A model generated the notes under the pieces. That model searched no databases. It was not told the DNA's origin and saw only the letters and a program-made list of their open reading frames with translations. A DNA stretch of 64,000 bases from Anaeramoeba ignava BMAN (Eukaryota > Protista > Anaeramoebae). Below are positions 1 to 13,402 of this stretch, one piece after another. Positions within the stretch are counted from its first letter, which is position 1. Every line of letters starts with the position of its first letter. The DNA lies in the NCBI GenBank assembly GCA_028826165.1, contig JAPDFW010000081.1, forward strand, positions 372,001 to 436,000, given 5' to 3'. The position numbers and the translations under genes were made by a program.

Positions 1-490
1 TTTATTTATAAATTTAATTATAAATTTAATTATAAATATAGTTATAAATTTAATTTATAAATTTAATTATAAATTTAATTATAAATTATTTTTATTTATA
101 AATTTATTTCTAAATTTATTTATAAATTTATTTCTAAATTTTATTTCTAAATTTATTTCTAAATTTATTTCTAAATTTATTTTAAATTTATTTCTAAATT
201 TATTTCTAAATTTATTTCTAAATTTATTTCTAAATTTATTTCTAAATTTATTTCTAAATTTATTTCTAAATTTATTTCTAAATTTATTTCTAAATTTATT
301 TCTAAATTTATTTCTAAATTTATTTCTAAATTTATTTCTAAATTTTATTTCTAAATTTATTTCTAAATTTATTTCTAAATTTATTTCTAAATTTATTTCT
401 AAATTTAAATATAAATTTAATTATATATTTTATTTATAAATTTTATTATAAATTTATTTCTAAACTTATTTCTAAATTTATTTCTAAATA
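1..490 (+). repeat. Intronic tandem repeat, 12-bp unit AAATTTATTTCT
   Basis: Tandem copies directly visible, cleanest at about 110-405. Confidence 0.9.
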
Positions 491-493
491 AAG

Positions 494-999
494 AAAAAGG
501 ATCTGATAAAAAAAATGACCAATTAGTGAAACTATTATTATTATTACCTGATGAACATCAACTTGTGTTAAAACATGTATTTGAATTTCTAGCATACATA
601 GCTCAACATTCAGACAAAAACTTAATGACAGCATCAAATTTAGCAACAGTTTTTGGACCGAACATTCTTCGACTAAAAAAATCGAATCCAAAAAGGGATG
701 CAAAAGATTTTGATTTAATAAGAGGATTAGTTCAATATATAATTGAAAACAACAAAGAAATTTTTTCTGGATTGGAAAAATTTCGACATGAAATCAAAAG
801 TAAACAAAAAAGTAAATTCAAAGCAAATCGAAATTTAAGTACAAGCGATGCAGCGGAAATCAAGACAGGAAGACTTACAAAAAGTCAATCACTTAATCCA
901 CCTCATTCTGGTATTTTACAACCAGATTTTTCTGAAAAAGATAAAGAAGTGCTATTTAAAAACAGAAAATTATCTAGTGATGGTGATGATGATGTTTAA
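494..999 (+). CDS. RhoGAP-domain protein, last exon (gene begins upstream of window)
   Basis: LLLLPDEHQLVLKHVFEFL...NLMTASNLATVFGPNILR matches the RhoGAP C-terminal helices. AG acceptor at 492-493 follows a repeat-filled intron. Confidence 0.85.
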
Positions 1000-1320
1000 G
1001 ATCTTAATTGATCTGAAAATTCTTAAAAAAAAAAATTATAATTTGTTTTTTTTCTTTTTTTGGATTAACGTTGAAAATTACACATATTTGAATAGTAGAT
1101 CAAAGTTGAGCCATCGATTTGAATTTGATAGGTTTTTTGATTATTTGTTTTGATTTTCAGTTTCAATTCTTTCTTTTTTTTTTCTTTCTTTCTTTCTTTT
1201 TTTCTTTCTTCTTTTTTTTTTTGTATTTTTGAAATTAAAAGAATTGAAAAAAAAAAATTTTAAATTAAATTTTCATTTTTTTTTCATTTTTTTTTTATTT
1301 AAATTTTAACTTATTTAAAA

Positions 1321-3035
1321 ATGTCAAAAATATCAAGAGACTTTTTAAAAATTATTGCTCAAGGAATGGGAATTTCAAATTTATCAGATTCTATAAGTCT
1401 TTTACTTGTTTCTGATGTTGAATATAAAATTAGAGAATTAATTTTTGAATCAAAAAAATTTATGAAACACGAAAAAAGAAATAAATTAATTCCAAGAGAT
1501 ATTAATTTTGCATTAGAATTAAAAAACTTTTCTGTAATCAATTTATTATAAAAATTTATTATAAAAATTTATTATAAAAATTTATTAAAAATCAAAATGA
1601 ATTTTTGCTTGTGAAACTTTCTTTCTTTTTTTAATAATATTTTAATAATATAATACTCACACAAACTTCTTCAATTTAATTTCCTCATAAAAACCCTTTA
1701 TGTATTTTGCAGAGATTGTATGGATATAACTGTTCAAATCCTGTCAAATTTCAGCACGCAATAAGACAGCCTGATTTATTCTATTTAGACGATCCAGTTA
1801 TAGATGTGGAAGATCTAATCGCACAACCTTATCCAAAATATCCTCTTGATATTCATTTCACGGCCCATTGGTTGGCAGTGTGCGGCAATCAGCCAGAAAT
1901 ACATGAAAATCCAATTAGAGTCAAAACCAGAGAAGAAACAAATAAACAAATAATTTCAACGGAAAAAATCATTCAAAATACAAAAAAAAAACGCACAGGA
2001 AGAACAACAATTATTTCCGTTTCGCTACAAAAAATATTTGCGCAAAATCAATTCAACGCAAATCAAAGAAAAGAAAAAACCAAAAAAACGTTAAAAAAAA
2101 AAGATCGAAATCCAAAAAATGATCCACGATTAGAAATAGAAAAAGAAATAGAAAAAGAATTGGAAAAAGAAAAAGAAAAAGAAGCAGAACATCACAATTC
2201 AAACGAAGCAGTTATCAAACTCGTATTAACAGAGGAATTGCAGCTGTTTTACGACTATGTAACTGATGTAATTTTATCAGGATCAAAAAGAGAGCAAAAA
2301 ATTGTTTATAAATCACTTTTGGAAGACTCAGGAATCCACCAGTTATTCCCATATTTCTCGCATTTTATTGCCTCGCAAACAAGAAAAAACCTGAATAACT
2401 TACAAGCACTTATGCCGTTGATGAAGATGATGTTTGCACTTGTTCACAATCCAAAAGTTTATATAGAAAGATACTTGCAGCAAATTTTATCCACTGTTCT
2501 GACTTGCGTTGTTCGTGGTTTTGACTGGCTCAACAACGACGAATACTGGGATTTCCGGATCCTTTGCGCAAGAATTATCAGCGATATTTGCGACAAATTT
2601 GGTGATGTTTATCTTATGCTGAGATCCACCATTTCTCAGCTTTTATCCCAAAATTGGCTCAATTTTAATCACTCTCTTTCATCCCATCACGGATCCATCA
2701 TCGCGTTGTCCTATTTGGGTTCAAACTCAATAAACTCTTTGCTTGTCCCTAATATCAAAAATTATTTTTTTGCTCTTTTGTTCCCTATTATAATTGATAA
2801 CTCCAAAAATGATCCGTTTTCTCAAAAAATTGAGTCAAATTTTTGCTATTCTTCTTTGTTACTTGCTTTTGGCAATTTGTTACTTTCTCAATCTTACCAA
2901 GTTTCTTTGCAAAATTCCTCAGTTGTTTTCAAAGATTTACTTGTCGATTATGATTCCATTTCTCCAATTTTTGGTGAATCAATTGTTCCTTTTTGTTTTT
3001 CACAAAATTATGATGATTGTCAATCCCTTTTATAA
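1321..3035 (+). CDS. TAF6: TFIID subunit 6 (2 exons: 1321-1533, ~1713-3035)
   Basis: H4-like fold (DVEYKIRELIFESKKFMKHEKRNKL), LYGY, AHWLAVCGNQPEIHENP, LTEELQLFY, DSGIHQLFPYF and YWDFR motifs. GT at 1534 and TTGCAG acceptor give an in-frame join. Confidence 0.93.
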
Positions 3036-3154
3036 ATAGATTTTCAAAAACAACAAAAAATAAAAATTAAAATTTAAATTAAAAATTTATTTTTTTTATT
3101 TATCTAAAAAGAAAAGTGGAACGTTTTTTTTTAATCTAAAAAAAAAAAAAAAAT

Positions 3155-6013
3155 CTAAACATCTGGAATAAATTCAACTCCTTCAAATCTAAAAATTATT
3201 TTTTAAAAAGAAAGAAAAAACAATTAGTTTTAAATTTTTTAAAAAAATTAAATTTAAATAAAAATTTTACTTCATTTCATCAATATAAGTTTCAGGTAAA
3301 AGAAATTTTTTTGATTCAATATCAAAAACCAAAATCCAAGAACCAACTTCTCCATTAACTTCTTGAGTTTTCAAAGCAATAATTTCATTTGGACGACCTG
3401 GAATAAATTTAAAAGAAGAAAAACCTCTTGATTCATTCACTTCGTAAAAAAAAAATTTTTTTGTCAAGAAAAAAAAAAGTGGAACAAATTTAAAAAGATT
3501 ATATTTTTGTTTTTTTTTTTAAAATTATAAAAGGATATTCCAACTTCAATAACTTCAATATCTTTAAATTTTTCGTTAACAGAGATTAATTTATTAGATC
3601 CTTTCATTTCATCAATAACTTCATCATAAGGTTGATGAGAAATTTTGCGTGGAAGAAAAAACCATTTTTGGTGAGTTGGATTCCAATTAACAGCCTTAAA
3701 TATAAATTTAAAAAATGAATAAATTAAATAAAATGAATTATTTTTTTGTTTGTTCACTTCATGTATTTGATAGGATGGATATAAAGAATTTGTTGCTCCT
3801 CGAATAACATTATATTGTTCTTTCCAATCAACATGCGAAATTTTTCCTTTTTTATCAATTATTTTGATCCACATTGGATTATAATGCAAAATTTTCTTTT
3901 CCAAAAAAAAAAAGCAATAATTTTTTTGAAAAAATCAATAAATATTCCAAATTATTTAAAAATGGATTAATTTTTGGAATCAATTTACTCCGTCTGAAAC
4001 ATATTCTTTTCCAATAGAACCAACATATAATTGACGATTTTTAACTGTTGCCCATTCGCATTTAAAACCCTGAATATAAAATTTTTGTTTTAAAAAATAT
4101 TTTCTTCTTCTTCTTCTTGAGAATTAAAAAAAAATAATCTACTTTATTATTATTTCCATCTCCATCAGCAAGAATATATCTTGGAAAAGCTTGGTCATCC
4201 TTAATTTCATAAACTTGAAAATATTCAAAATTTCCAATTCAAAATTTCAATGAATTTGTTTGTTTGTTTTTTTTATACCAATTCCAGTTCGATCATCAAA
4301 AGCTAAAAGTTTGCCTTCAAACATAATAAGTTCGCTTAATTCCATTCCTCTTCCACTTTCTGAGTGTCGGGTTGTTAAATTAATCTAAAAATCGCGGAGA
4401 AATTTGAATATGAATTTTTTATATGAATTATTTAAATTTACTTGTTTTTCCCATAAAAGTGTGTAAGTTTTATCTTTATTTCTTTTAAGATATCCTGTTT
4501 TTAAGATGCTTTCCCATTTGTATTCATCAATTTTACTATCTGTATCTGGATCGCTGATGATTGCTATACGATAAGTATCCTTAGCTTCTAATATTTTAAT
4601 TTAAATAAATTTGAATAAAATTGAATAATGAATTTAAATAAATTTGAATAAAATTAAATTTGAATAAAATTAAATTTGAATTTAAATAAATTTGAATAAA
4701 ATTAAATTTGAATTTTAAATAAATTTGAATAAAATAAGTTGCTAATAATAATTTTAAATTATAAACTAATTTGTAAATTAAATTTAATTTTAAATAAATT
4801 TGAATAAAATTAATTTTAATTTAAATAAATTTGAATAAAATTAATTTTAAATAAGTTTGAATAAAATTAATTTTAATTTTAAATAAATTTGAATGAATAA
4901 AATAGAGATTTGAATAAAATAATAAATTTAATTTATAAACTAAATTAAAAATTTAAAAGTTGTAAAAATAAATTAAATTTAATTTGTAAAATAAAAATTT
5001 AAATTAAATTTAATTTATAAACTTGAATAAAATAAGTTGTAAATAATAATTTTAATTTATAAACTAAATTGTAAATTAAATTTAAATTGTAAACTAATTT
5101 GTAAATTAAATTTAATTTGTAAAGTTGATTAAAATAAGTTGTTTAATAATAAATTTAAATTGTAAATTAAATTAATTTAATTAAAAAAATTAAATTTTGT
5201 AAAGTTGATTAAAATAAGTTGTAAATAATAAATTTAATTTGTAAACTAAATTGTAAAATTAAATTTAATTTGTAAAGTTGATTAAAATAAGTTGTTAATA
5301 ATAAATTTAAATTGTAAAATAAATTGTAAATTAAATTTAATTTGTAAAGTTGATTAAAATAAGTTGTTAATAATAAATTTAATTTGTAAACTAATTTGTA
5401 AATTAAATTTAATTTGTAAACTTGATTAAAATAAGTTGTTAATTAAATTTAATTTGTAAACTAATTTGTTAATTAAATTTAATTTGTAAACTTGATTAAA
5501 ATAAGTTGCTAATAATAAATTTAAATTGTAAAATAAATTGTAAATTAAAATTAATTTGTAAAGTTGATTAAAATAAGTTGTTAATAATAAATTTAAATTG
5601 TAAACTAATTTGTAAATTAAATTTAATTTGTAAAGTTGATTAAAATAAGTTGTTAATAATAAATTTAATTTGTAAACTAATTTGTTAATTAAATTTAATT
5701 TGTAAACTTGATTAAAATAAGTTTTGAATAATAAATTTAAATTATAAAATAATTTGTAAATTAAATTTAATTTGTAAAATAAGTTGTTAATTAAAATTAA
5801 TTTGTAAACTAAATTGTAAATTAATTTTAATTTGTAAACTTGATTATAATAAGTTGCTAATAATAAATTTAATTGTTAACCTTCAGTAAAAGCACTAATT
5901 GGTTTCCCTGAATAAAGAAAAACAATTGAGAAAAAAAGTAAAATTGTAAATATAACTACAATTCCTTTTTTATTATTTTTCCATTGATATTTTGCGAATA
6001 TTATTGGATTCAT
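3155..6013 (-). CDS. CANT1: Calcium-activated nucleotidase/apyrase (CANT1 family), 9 exons, N-terminal membrane anchor
   Basis: Manually spliced: [92 protein letters not shown]. Seven GT-AG introns and one AT-AC intron. Confidence 0.92.
3444..3538 (-). other. U12-type (minor spliceosome) AT-AC intron, 95 nt
   Basis: 5' site ATATCCTTT, branch-like TTTCTTGAC about 20 nt from the end, 3' end TAC. Removal joins IEVIEVG to [13 protein letters not shown] in frame. Confidence 0.9.
4590..5878. repeat. Composite AT-rich repeats filling apyrase intron 1
   Basis: Recurrent TAAATTTAATTTGTAAA and GTTGATTAAAATAAGTTG blocks. Confidence 0.85.
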
Positions 6014-6210
6014 TAATAAAAGAAAAAATGAAAAAAAAAATGAAAAAAAAATTAAAAAAAAAAATTAATTAAAATTTTCGAATGAAAAAATAAAATTAAC
6101 AAAAAAATTAAAAAAAAAATTTAAAAGAAAAAAATCAAAATAATCTTTTTTCATTCTTCTTTTTTTTTAATAATCTTTTTTAATAATCTTTTTTAATAAT
6201 CTTTTTTAAA

Positions 6211-6807
6211 ATGAAATCAATTAAATGTGTTATTGTTGGAGATGGAGCAGTTGGAAAAACTTGCTTATTAATATCATATACAACAAATGCATTTCCAGAA
6301 GATTACATTCCAACAATTTTTGATAATTATTCAGCAAACTTAATAATTAACGATCAAGTCGTTAATCTTTGTTTATGGGATACATCAGGTCAAGAAGATT
6401 ATGACAGAATTCGCCCATTATCTTATCCTCAAACTGATGTCTTCTTAATCTGCTTTTCTTTGATTTCACCTTCTTCTTTTGAAAATGTCAAATCTAAATG
6501 GGTTCCTGAAATTCGTCATTATTGTCAAAATTCTCCTTTGATTCTTGTTGGTACTAAATTGGATTTGAGAGATGATCCAAATGTTATTTCCGATTTGAAA
6601 CAAAAGAACTTATCTCCCATTTCTTTCCAAGATGGTATGAATATGGCTAAGGAAATCAAAGCTGTTAAATACTTGGAATGTTCAGCTTTTACTCAAACAA
6701 ATTTGAAAAATGTTTTTGATCAAGCTGTTTTAACTTATTTTGATCCGAATGATTCAAATACTGGAATTAATAAGAAAAAAAAGAAAAAGAATTGTTCCAT
6801 TTTATAA
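6211..6807 (+). CDS. RAC: Rac-like Rho-family GTPase, intronless
   Basis: [34 protein letters not shown], polybasic tail and CAAX (CSIL). Confidence 0.96.
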   Translation: MKSIKCVIVGDGAVGKTCLLISYTTNAFPEDYIPTIFDNYSANLIINDQVVNLCLWDTSGQEDYDRIRPLSYPQTDVFLICFSLISPSSFENVKSKWVPEIRHYCQNSPLILVGTKLDLRDDPNVISDLKQKNLSPISFQDGMNMAKEIKAVKYLECSAFTQTNLKNVFDQAVLTYFDPNDSNTGINKKKKKKNCSIL

Positions 6808-7042
6808 TCAATTTGTTTTCTTCTGTTTTGTTTTGTTTTGGTTTTTTTAAATAAATTGTTTTAAAAATTTAAAATAATTTTTTTTTTGAATTTGAATTTA
6901 TTTCCTAAAAAGAAAAAGAAATAAATTTAATCAAAAATTAAAAATTTAAAAATTTAAAAATCAAATTAATTTTTTAATTTTTCATTTTTTAATTTTTCAA
7001 TAATTTATTTAATTTATTCTTTTTAATTTATTCAATTTTTAA

Positions 7043-7800
7043 ATGAAATCAATTAAATGTGTTATTGTTGGATTTTATTTGGAAAATTTAATTAATTTAT
7101 TCAATTTCCCAGGAAGATTAATTTCAATCAATTTTTCGATATTTATTCAGCAAAACTTCAATTTAATAATTAATTCAATTTAATTTCATTTTATTTAATT
7201 TATTTGTTTATGGGATTTATTCAGGTCATTTCAATTTTATTCAAGAATTCGCCCATTCAATTTATCTTATCCTCAAACTTTCATTTGTCTTCAATTTAAT
7301 CTGCTTTTCTTGATTTCATTCAATTTCTTCTTGCAATTTGTCAAATCTAAATGGGTTCCTGAAATCAATTCGTTGTCAAAATTTAATTGACTTGTTGGTA
7401 CTAAATTCAATTTGAGAGATAATCAATTCAATTTTATTCAATTTTTCGATTTGAAATCAAAAGAATTTATAATCCCATTCATTTTTTCCAAGAATTTATT
7501 CAATTTAATCAATTTAATTCAAAATCAAATTTTAATCAATTTAAATTTATTCAATGTTCAGCTTTTATTCAAACAAATTTGAAATTCAATTTTTTTGATC
7601 AAGCTGTTTTAACTTATTTTGATCCGAATGATTCAAATACTGGATTTAATTCAAGAAAAAGAAAAAGAATTTTATTCCATTTTACAATTATTCAATTTAT
7701 TTTTTCATTTTTGTTTTATTTTTTGGTTTTTAAATAAATTGTTTTAAAATTTAAAATAATTTTTGAATTTTAATTTTCAATTCAAAAAAATTCAATTTTA
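7043..7800 (+). pseudogene. Scrambled tandem copy of the Rac gene and its 3' flank (pseudogene or consensus artefact)
   Basis: Collinear exact Rac blocks (ATGAAATCAATTAAATGTGTTATTGTTGGA; TCTAAATGGGTTCCTGAA; GATCAAGCTGTTTTAACTTATTTTGATCCGAATGATTCAAATACTGGA) interleaved with TTCAATTT. Confidence 0.6.
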
Positions 7801-8240
7801 ATAAATTTTAATCAATTTAATCAATTTAATTCAATTTAATCAATTTATTCAATTTAATCAATTTAATCAATTTAATCAATTTAATCAATTTAATCAATTT
7901 AATTCAATTTATTCAATTTATTCAATTTAATCAATTTATTCAATTTAATCAATTCAATTTATTCAATTTATTCAATTTATTCAATTTATTCAATTTATTC
8001 AATTTATTCAATTTATTCAATTTAATTCAATTTAATTCAATTTATTCAATTTAATTCAATTTAATTCAATTTAATTCAATTTATTCAATTTATTCAATTT
8101 AATTCAATTTAATTCAATTTATTCAATTTAATCAATTTATTCAATTTATTCAATTTAATCAATTTATTCAATTTAATCAATTTATTCAATTTAATCAATT
8201 TATTCAATTTATTCAATTTATTCAATTTATTCAATTTAAT
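7800..8240. repeat. 9-10-bp satellite (TTCAATTTA / TCAATTTAA / TTCAATTTAA)
   Basis: Tandem copies directly visible. Confidence 0.9.
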
Positions 8241-8327
8241 TCTTAATTTTTCATTTCCTTTCAGATTGATTGATTTGAAGACAAAGTTAAATTTAATTTT
8301 ATGTTTAAATTTTCTTTTGTTTATTGT

Positions 8328-11300
8328 TTATTTTGCTTGAATATTTTCTAAACTCAATTCAATTTCCTCATTTTTAACATTTTTCCAAGTCGTGATTTGT
8401 TCTGGAGAATGAAAAACACAAATATGAGCTTCACATTCACAATCCAAACAAAGAAATCGTTTTTTATCCAAACAATCTGAGCAAAACCAAACAGCTTCCT
8501 CTTTTTTGCAAAGATCACAAACAGGAACAACAAACAAATCAGATTCATCAACAAAACCATCAGCAATTTGTTTTCCGACACAAAAATCGCAAGAAAACAA
8601 TCCAGTTTTCTGATTAAAAAACAGCTCTTTTTTTCCAGTTTTGGCAAGATTTTCATCGCAATAATCACAACAAAATAACCTCAAACGATCAAAATAAAGC
8701 TCAAAAAAATCAACACAATCGCCACAAAACTTCAAAGATTCTCTTGTGTTTTTGGGATTGGGGTATCGCCAAACGGCATCTTTTTGGTGGCAGTAATCGC
8801 AAATGATATTTGATTCTTTGGTTTTTTTTGAATCAGTTGAAAAAAGGTTTTTGATTTCATTTTGATTTTCATTTTGATTTTGATTTTCATTTTCATTTTC
8901 ATTTTCATTCAATTCAATTTCTCCCCCTTTTGTATTCTCTAATAATAATTGCTCAAACTCAATTTGATCTACTAATTCTTTTTTCCTTTTCTTTTTTTCT
9001 TTCATCCAAAAAATAAGAGGAATCACAACAATCAAAAACAAAAGAATAGATATAGCGCACAACAAAGTGATCAATAAGAAACTTTCTTTCTGGGAAGATC
9101 CGCCAAGAAACCCAAAATGATTTGAGCTCTGTTGTTGATCTTGAGAAGAGGAGGAGCTGAGTAGAATTTTATCCACAAATTTGATTCTCACAATTTCGCT
9201 TGGGAACTCCCCAGATTTTGTCGCTATTGCAGAAACAACTAAGTTTTGGTAAGCGGTTAAATTATCATTTGGAGAATATATTTTTGAGCTAAAAGTTGGA
9301 TCTGTGCCGTCCACAGTGTAAAAAATTGAGGCGTTAATTGTTCGAGAAAAAAGAACTAATTTTGTTGGCAAAATCAAATTAGGATCGCTCGCATTGGGAT
9401 AAGTTTCTGGCTGGCAAACTTGAGGTTTGACCTCATAGACATAGAGTACTTTTTGTGAATCGAAATATCCGTCTTGTTTCACAGTGGCTGAAATATTCAT
9501 CGATCCTTCAAGAGAAAGGAAGTCTGAGTTTGAATAGAAATATTCCACTTTTTGTAAAATTGTTCCATTTGAAGAAAATCTACTCATTTCGAGTTGCAAA
9601 TACGAATCACTTGAGAAATCGTCCATAATCCCGTAAACTTGTGTTCCTCTCGCATACAATCCTGAGGGTAATGATAGCTTTGGTTCAGAATTCCCGCTTT
9701 TCCCAATAAGGCATTTGTGAGTTGGCTCATTTAATCTAACAAAACCCTGATTGCATATACAATCCAAAACTGACGTTCGCGGCAAAATGGAAGAAGATGA
9801 GTTTCCTGAACATTTTTGGCAATAAGTCAGATTGGAGTAGCTTGATGTTGTGTTTCGATCTATTAGTTCTGTTATGCCACTGTAAATTGGATTGATTTTT
9901 GTTGTTATTTTAGTTCCCCAATTTGTAGAATTGGCTGGAGGCAAAATATCAGAAAGATAGAAATCAAAAAACCCAATTAAAGAGTTATTTGAAGACGAGG
10001 ATGAATAAATTGCAATATTAGAAATATTTGCGTTTTGATTAAGAAATTTGAAAGTAACTCTTTTTGGCTCAACACCACTAACAATCCACACATTTGCGAA
10101 CCCGAAATTATAAGATGAAGAAGAACTCATGGTTAATTTAGATTTCTTTTTGATATTATCGAACAAAACTCTGCATTGGGGAAATGGATCATCTTCATAG
10201 CAATCTTCAATTTCTAAATAGACTCCTTTAGAATCCACAAATTGGATTTCTGATATTTCTATAGGAAAGCTTGTGTTTTGCAGTGAGAATACTAAAGTCA
10301 GGTATTGATCATTGGGGAATCCCCAAATTTTGTATTCATCATATCCACACTTGCAATTTTGAACATTAAAATTATCTCTAATGGAGCCACCTTTACAACT
10401 TAGCATGCATTGGTCATTGAAGAAATCATAATACTCTGGGCATTGTGAAGTGTAGTGGATGATTTCAGAATTGAGGGAAGAATTCCATTTATTTGGATCA
10501 AATGCTTTTAAATTTTCATAATTTGTAATTGATTCTGTGTTTTCTGCACTTTTTGGAACACATAATATCTGGGAATCATCTTTTTGAATCAATAAATTTT
10601 CTCTTCCAATGCATGAGTATTTAATAAACTTAGAAGTTGTAAAATATCCCAATTGATTGATTTCAATGGATTGATTAAAAATGTTCAACTCATCCAGTTC
10701 TCCGTAGAACCAATGCGAGGTTTTTGGATAATAAAAGTTTGATTCTGATCGAAAGCGTATTCCACCGAAATATAAAAACAATTTTTCTTGATCTTGTTCT
10801 GATAATTGGGAAGGATCAGCAAGTTCACTTTGATTATACCAAATTTTCCCTATTGGATTTCCATCTTTATAAAAAGAAAGGATAAATTCTTTGGAATTGC
10901 CTATTACTGCGTAATGATGCCATTTGTCATCAAATTGGAAAATTTCGCTTGAAAGAATTAATTTAGGAGCAAAAATTTTGTGTTCTTCTTCTTCAAGAGA
11001 ATTATTTTTGAAGGAGAGCTCTAATCTTAAAGATGCATTTAAATTTTCTAAAATTGGTTGGCTATCGTTTTGAATATATAGAGTAAGTTCCCAAAGATCA
11101 TAAACACCGACAAGCCCAAAAACAAATCCATCTTCTGGAAAATATTCAAGATATTTCTCAAGTAATTGGCTATCTAATTGAGCAAAAATTTCAATTGTGA
11201 AATCTCCTGGAATTAAAGAAATATTTTTGGCACTTTCGTTAGAAATTGATTGGAAAATAAAAGTTGAATTGCAACTAGTTTCATTTGTTAATCCTGGAGA

Positions 11301-13296
11301 AGTGAAATAGGAAAATCTATTGTCTATTAAGGTTTGACAATCAAGAAGATTAATCCCATCTTCGGAAAACTTTCCTATTGGATTTCTACTGCAGTTCTGG
11401 TTGAGATTATTATAATATCCTTGCATTGTGCATCGAAAAGAGCATTCTGATGAATTTTCGCCAATGTTTATATATTCAATTTGAGAAGAATCAGCATTGT
11501 AACATAAATGAGGCATGTTATCACCTGGACAATAATAGGATTTGGGGCATATTCTACAAGTCATTGTTAAACTATCCATATAAAAAGAAGGAGGGCAAGT
11601 ATTTCCATCTCCCAATTCTTTTTTAAATCTTTTTAAATCTTTTTTGAAATCTTTTAAATTTTTTAAATTTTTAAATTTTTGGATTGTTCTTGATCTGTTA
11701 AAATGGGATATTCTTCTGAGTTCAATGTTTGCTCAATTCTTTTGGATAAATTAAATACTCTGTTATTCCCATCAAATTTATTCAAATCAATAATGGTGTT
11801 ATTTGTTGGATACGAATTATATGGAACAAGAATAGTGATTGTTGAATCATCATCACAAACTCTCCCAACTTCAATTTTATCAATAATTTTCATTGGATAA
11901 ATGGTGTCAAAATCAAAAGAAACCTGTTTGTTTTGTTGCATTTCTTCAATTAACTTACAGCTAAAAATCCCTGTTAGTTTTGATTCATAAATCTTTCCCT
12001 TATTTGTATTGTTTTCGTAGATGGCTTCATCATTATCAGTGATTTTGAAATTAATAAGTTGTAATTCTGAAATTTTCGTTGATAAACAGGAACAATTTTT
12101 TGACTGAAGTTTTTGGAATATCTGCTCAACTGAATCGAGAATTTCTTGAATTCCATCAATTCTATCTCTAAAATCAGTGTAATTTTCCGTATTTACTCCA
12201 TTTTGAATTGAAACACCCAAAGCATTGAAAGTCGCAAGAAACAAATGAAAAGAAACAACTGATAGTGCAGTTTCTGTTTCCAAATAAATTAAATCTTTTT
12301 CTGGAATTGATAAATTTAGCATTTGCAATCTTTCCATTGTTGAGTTGATAAATAAATCTGAATTGTTTTTAAAAAAAGGGAATAATGATTCATGCTCTTT
12401 TGCATTGATCCCTTGAAGTAATTCTGTGAGGTTATTAAACCAATTTTGTAATTGATTGAAAGATAATTGGGAATTTTCAAATGAAGAATTTGGAAAAGGT
12501 GAAACATTGGCTTTTTGCCATTCATCAATAAGAAATGATATTCTGTTAGTCACATTTTCCTTTTGGGATGATTTGTGTTTATAACAATTTGCCAAATGGA
12601 CATTAATTGTCCCATGAGCTCATTTTGCAAAAAATCGATTTGTTGATTTAAAGAATCAACTTGATTCTCAAGATTCATCAAAATTATTTTTATTGTTTCA
12701 TTCTCATTTTGAATAGTAAGATTTGCAATTTCCATTTCTATTTGATTTTTACTTTGAATTAATTGGCATTTTGATGTTAAATCTTCTGAAAAAGTTTTGA
12801 TATTTGATTCCATTGTTTGAAATTTATTAATCCATTGAAATTCATTTGATTGTTTGTCGATAAGCATTAAAGGAAGAAAATCACAAAGTGAAATTGTTTC
12901 TGAAATTTTGGAATCTAAACATTTGATTCCATTTTGATTGTCTGCAATTGAATAGCAATTCAGTTGAGAATTAAAAGTTGCAATTGAAAAAGTGGAATTT
13001 GTTTTATTATAAAGATTAAGTGCTTGATTCTTTCGATAATTTAAAGGAGATCTTGTTGGAATTTGATTTATTTCTGTTTGACAAATGGAGTTTTGTTTTT
13101 CATCTAAAATTGGTTTGATTGATCTCCCTGTTTCATTTAAAGGAACTACAAATGATTCAAAAATGTGTATGTTAGTTTTTAAAAGAATTTCTATTTCTTG
13201 TTTTGTTGGACAATTTAATGAAAAAACTGAAGAAAATTGTGTGATCAAAATGATCAAATGAAAAAAAGAATAAAAAAATAATTGGAATTTTTTCAT
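8328..13296 (-). CDS. Large type-I membrane protein (~1650 aa) split into three ORFs by two apparent 1-nt frameshifts
   Basis: Signal peptide at 13296, helical N-terminal region, Cys-rich CxxCP repeats, LamG-like (WHHYAV..FYKDG..GELDELNIF), Fn3-associated (IFYTVDGTDP), one TM, cytosolic CxxC B-box-like motifs. ORFs abut at ~12560 and ~11670 with no introns evident. Confidence 0.7.
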
Positions 13297-13402
13297 TTTG
13301 GAAAAGAAAAAAATGGATCAAAAAAAATTTAAAAAAAAAAAATTATTAATTTTTGATTTTTAATTTTTGATTTTAAAATTAAAATTGTTTTTTGATTTTG
13401 AA

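Noticed and set aside
6379-6395. Rac DTSGQ (A59S) as a GTPase-dead variant
   Set aside because: G12 and Q61 equivalents are intact; one conservative change is too little to claim altered function.
11700-11712. ATATCCCA on the minus strand as a second U12 donor
   Set aside because: It deviates from ATATCCTT, has no convincing branch/AC pair downstream, and a single-base frameshift explains the break.
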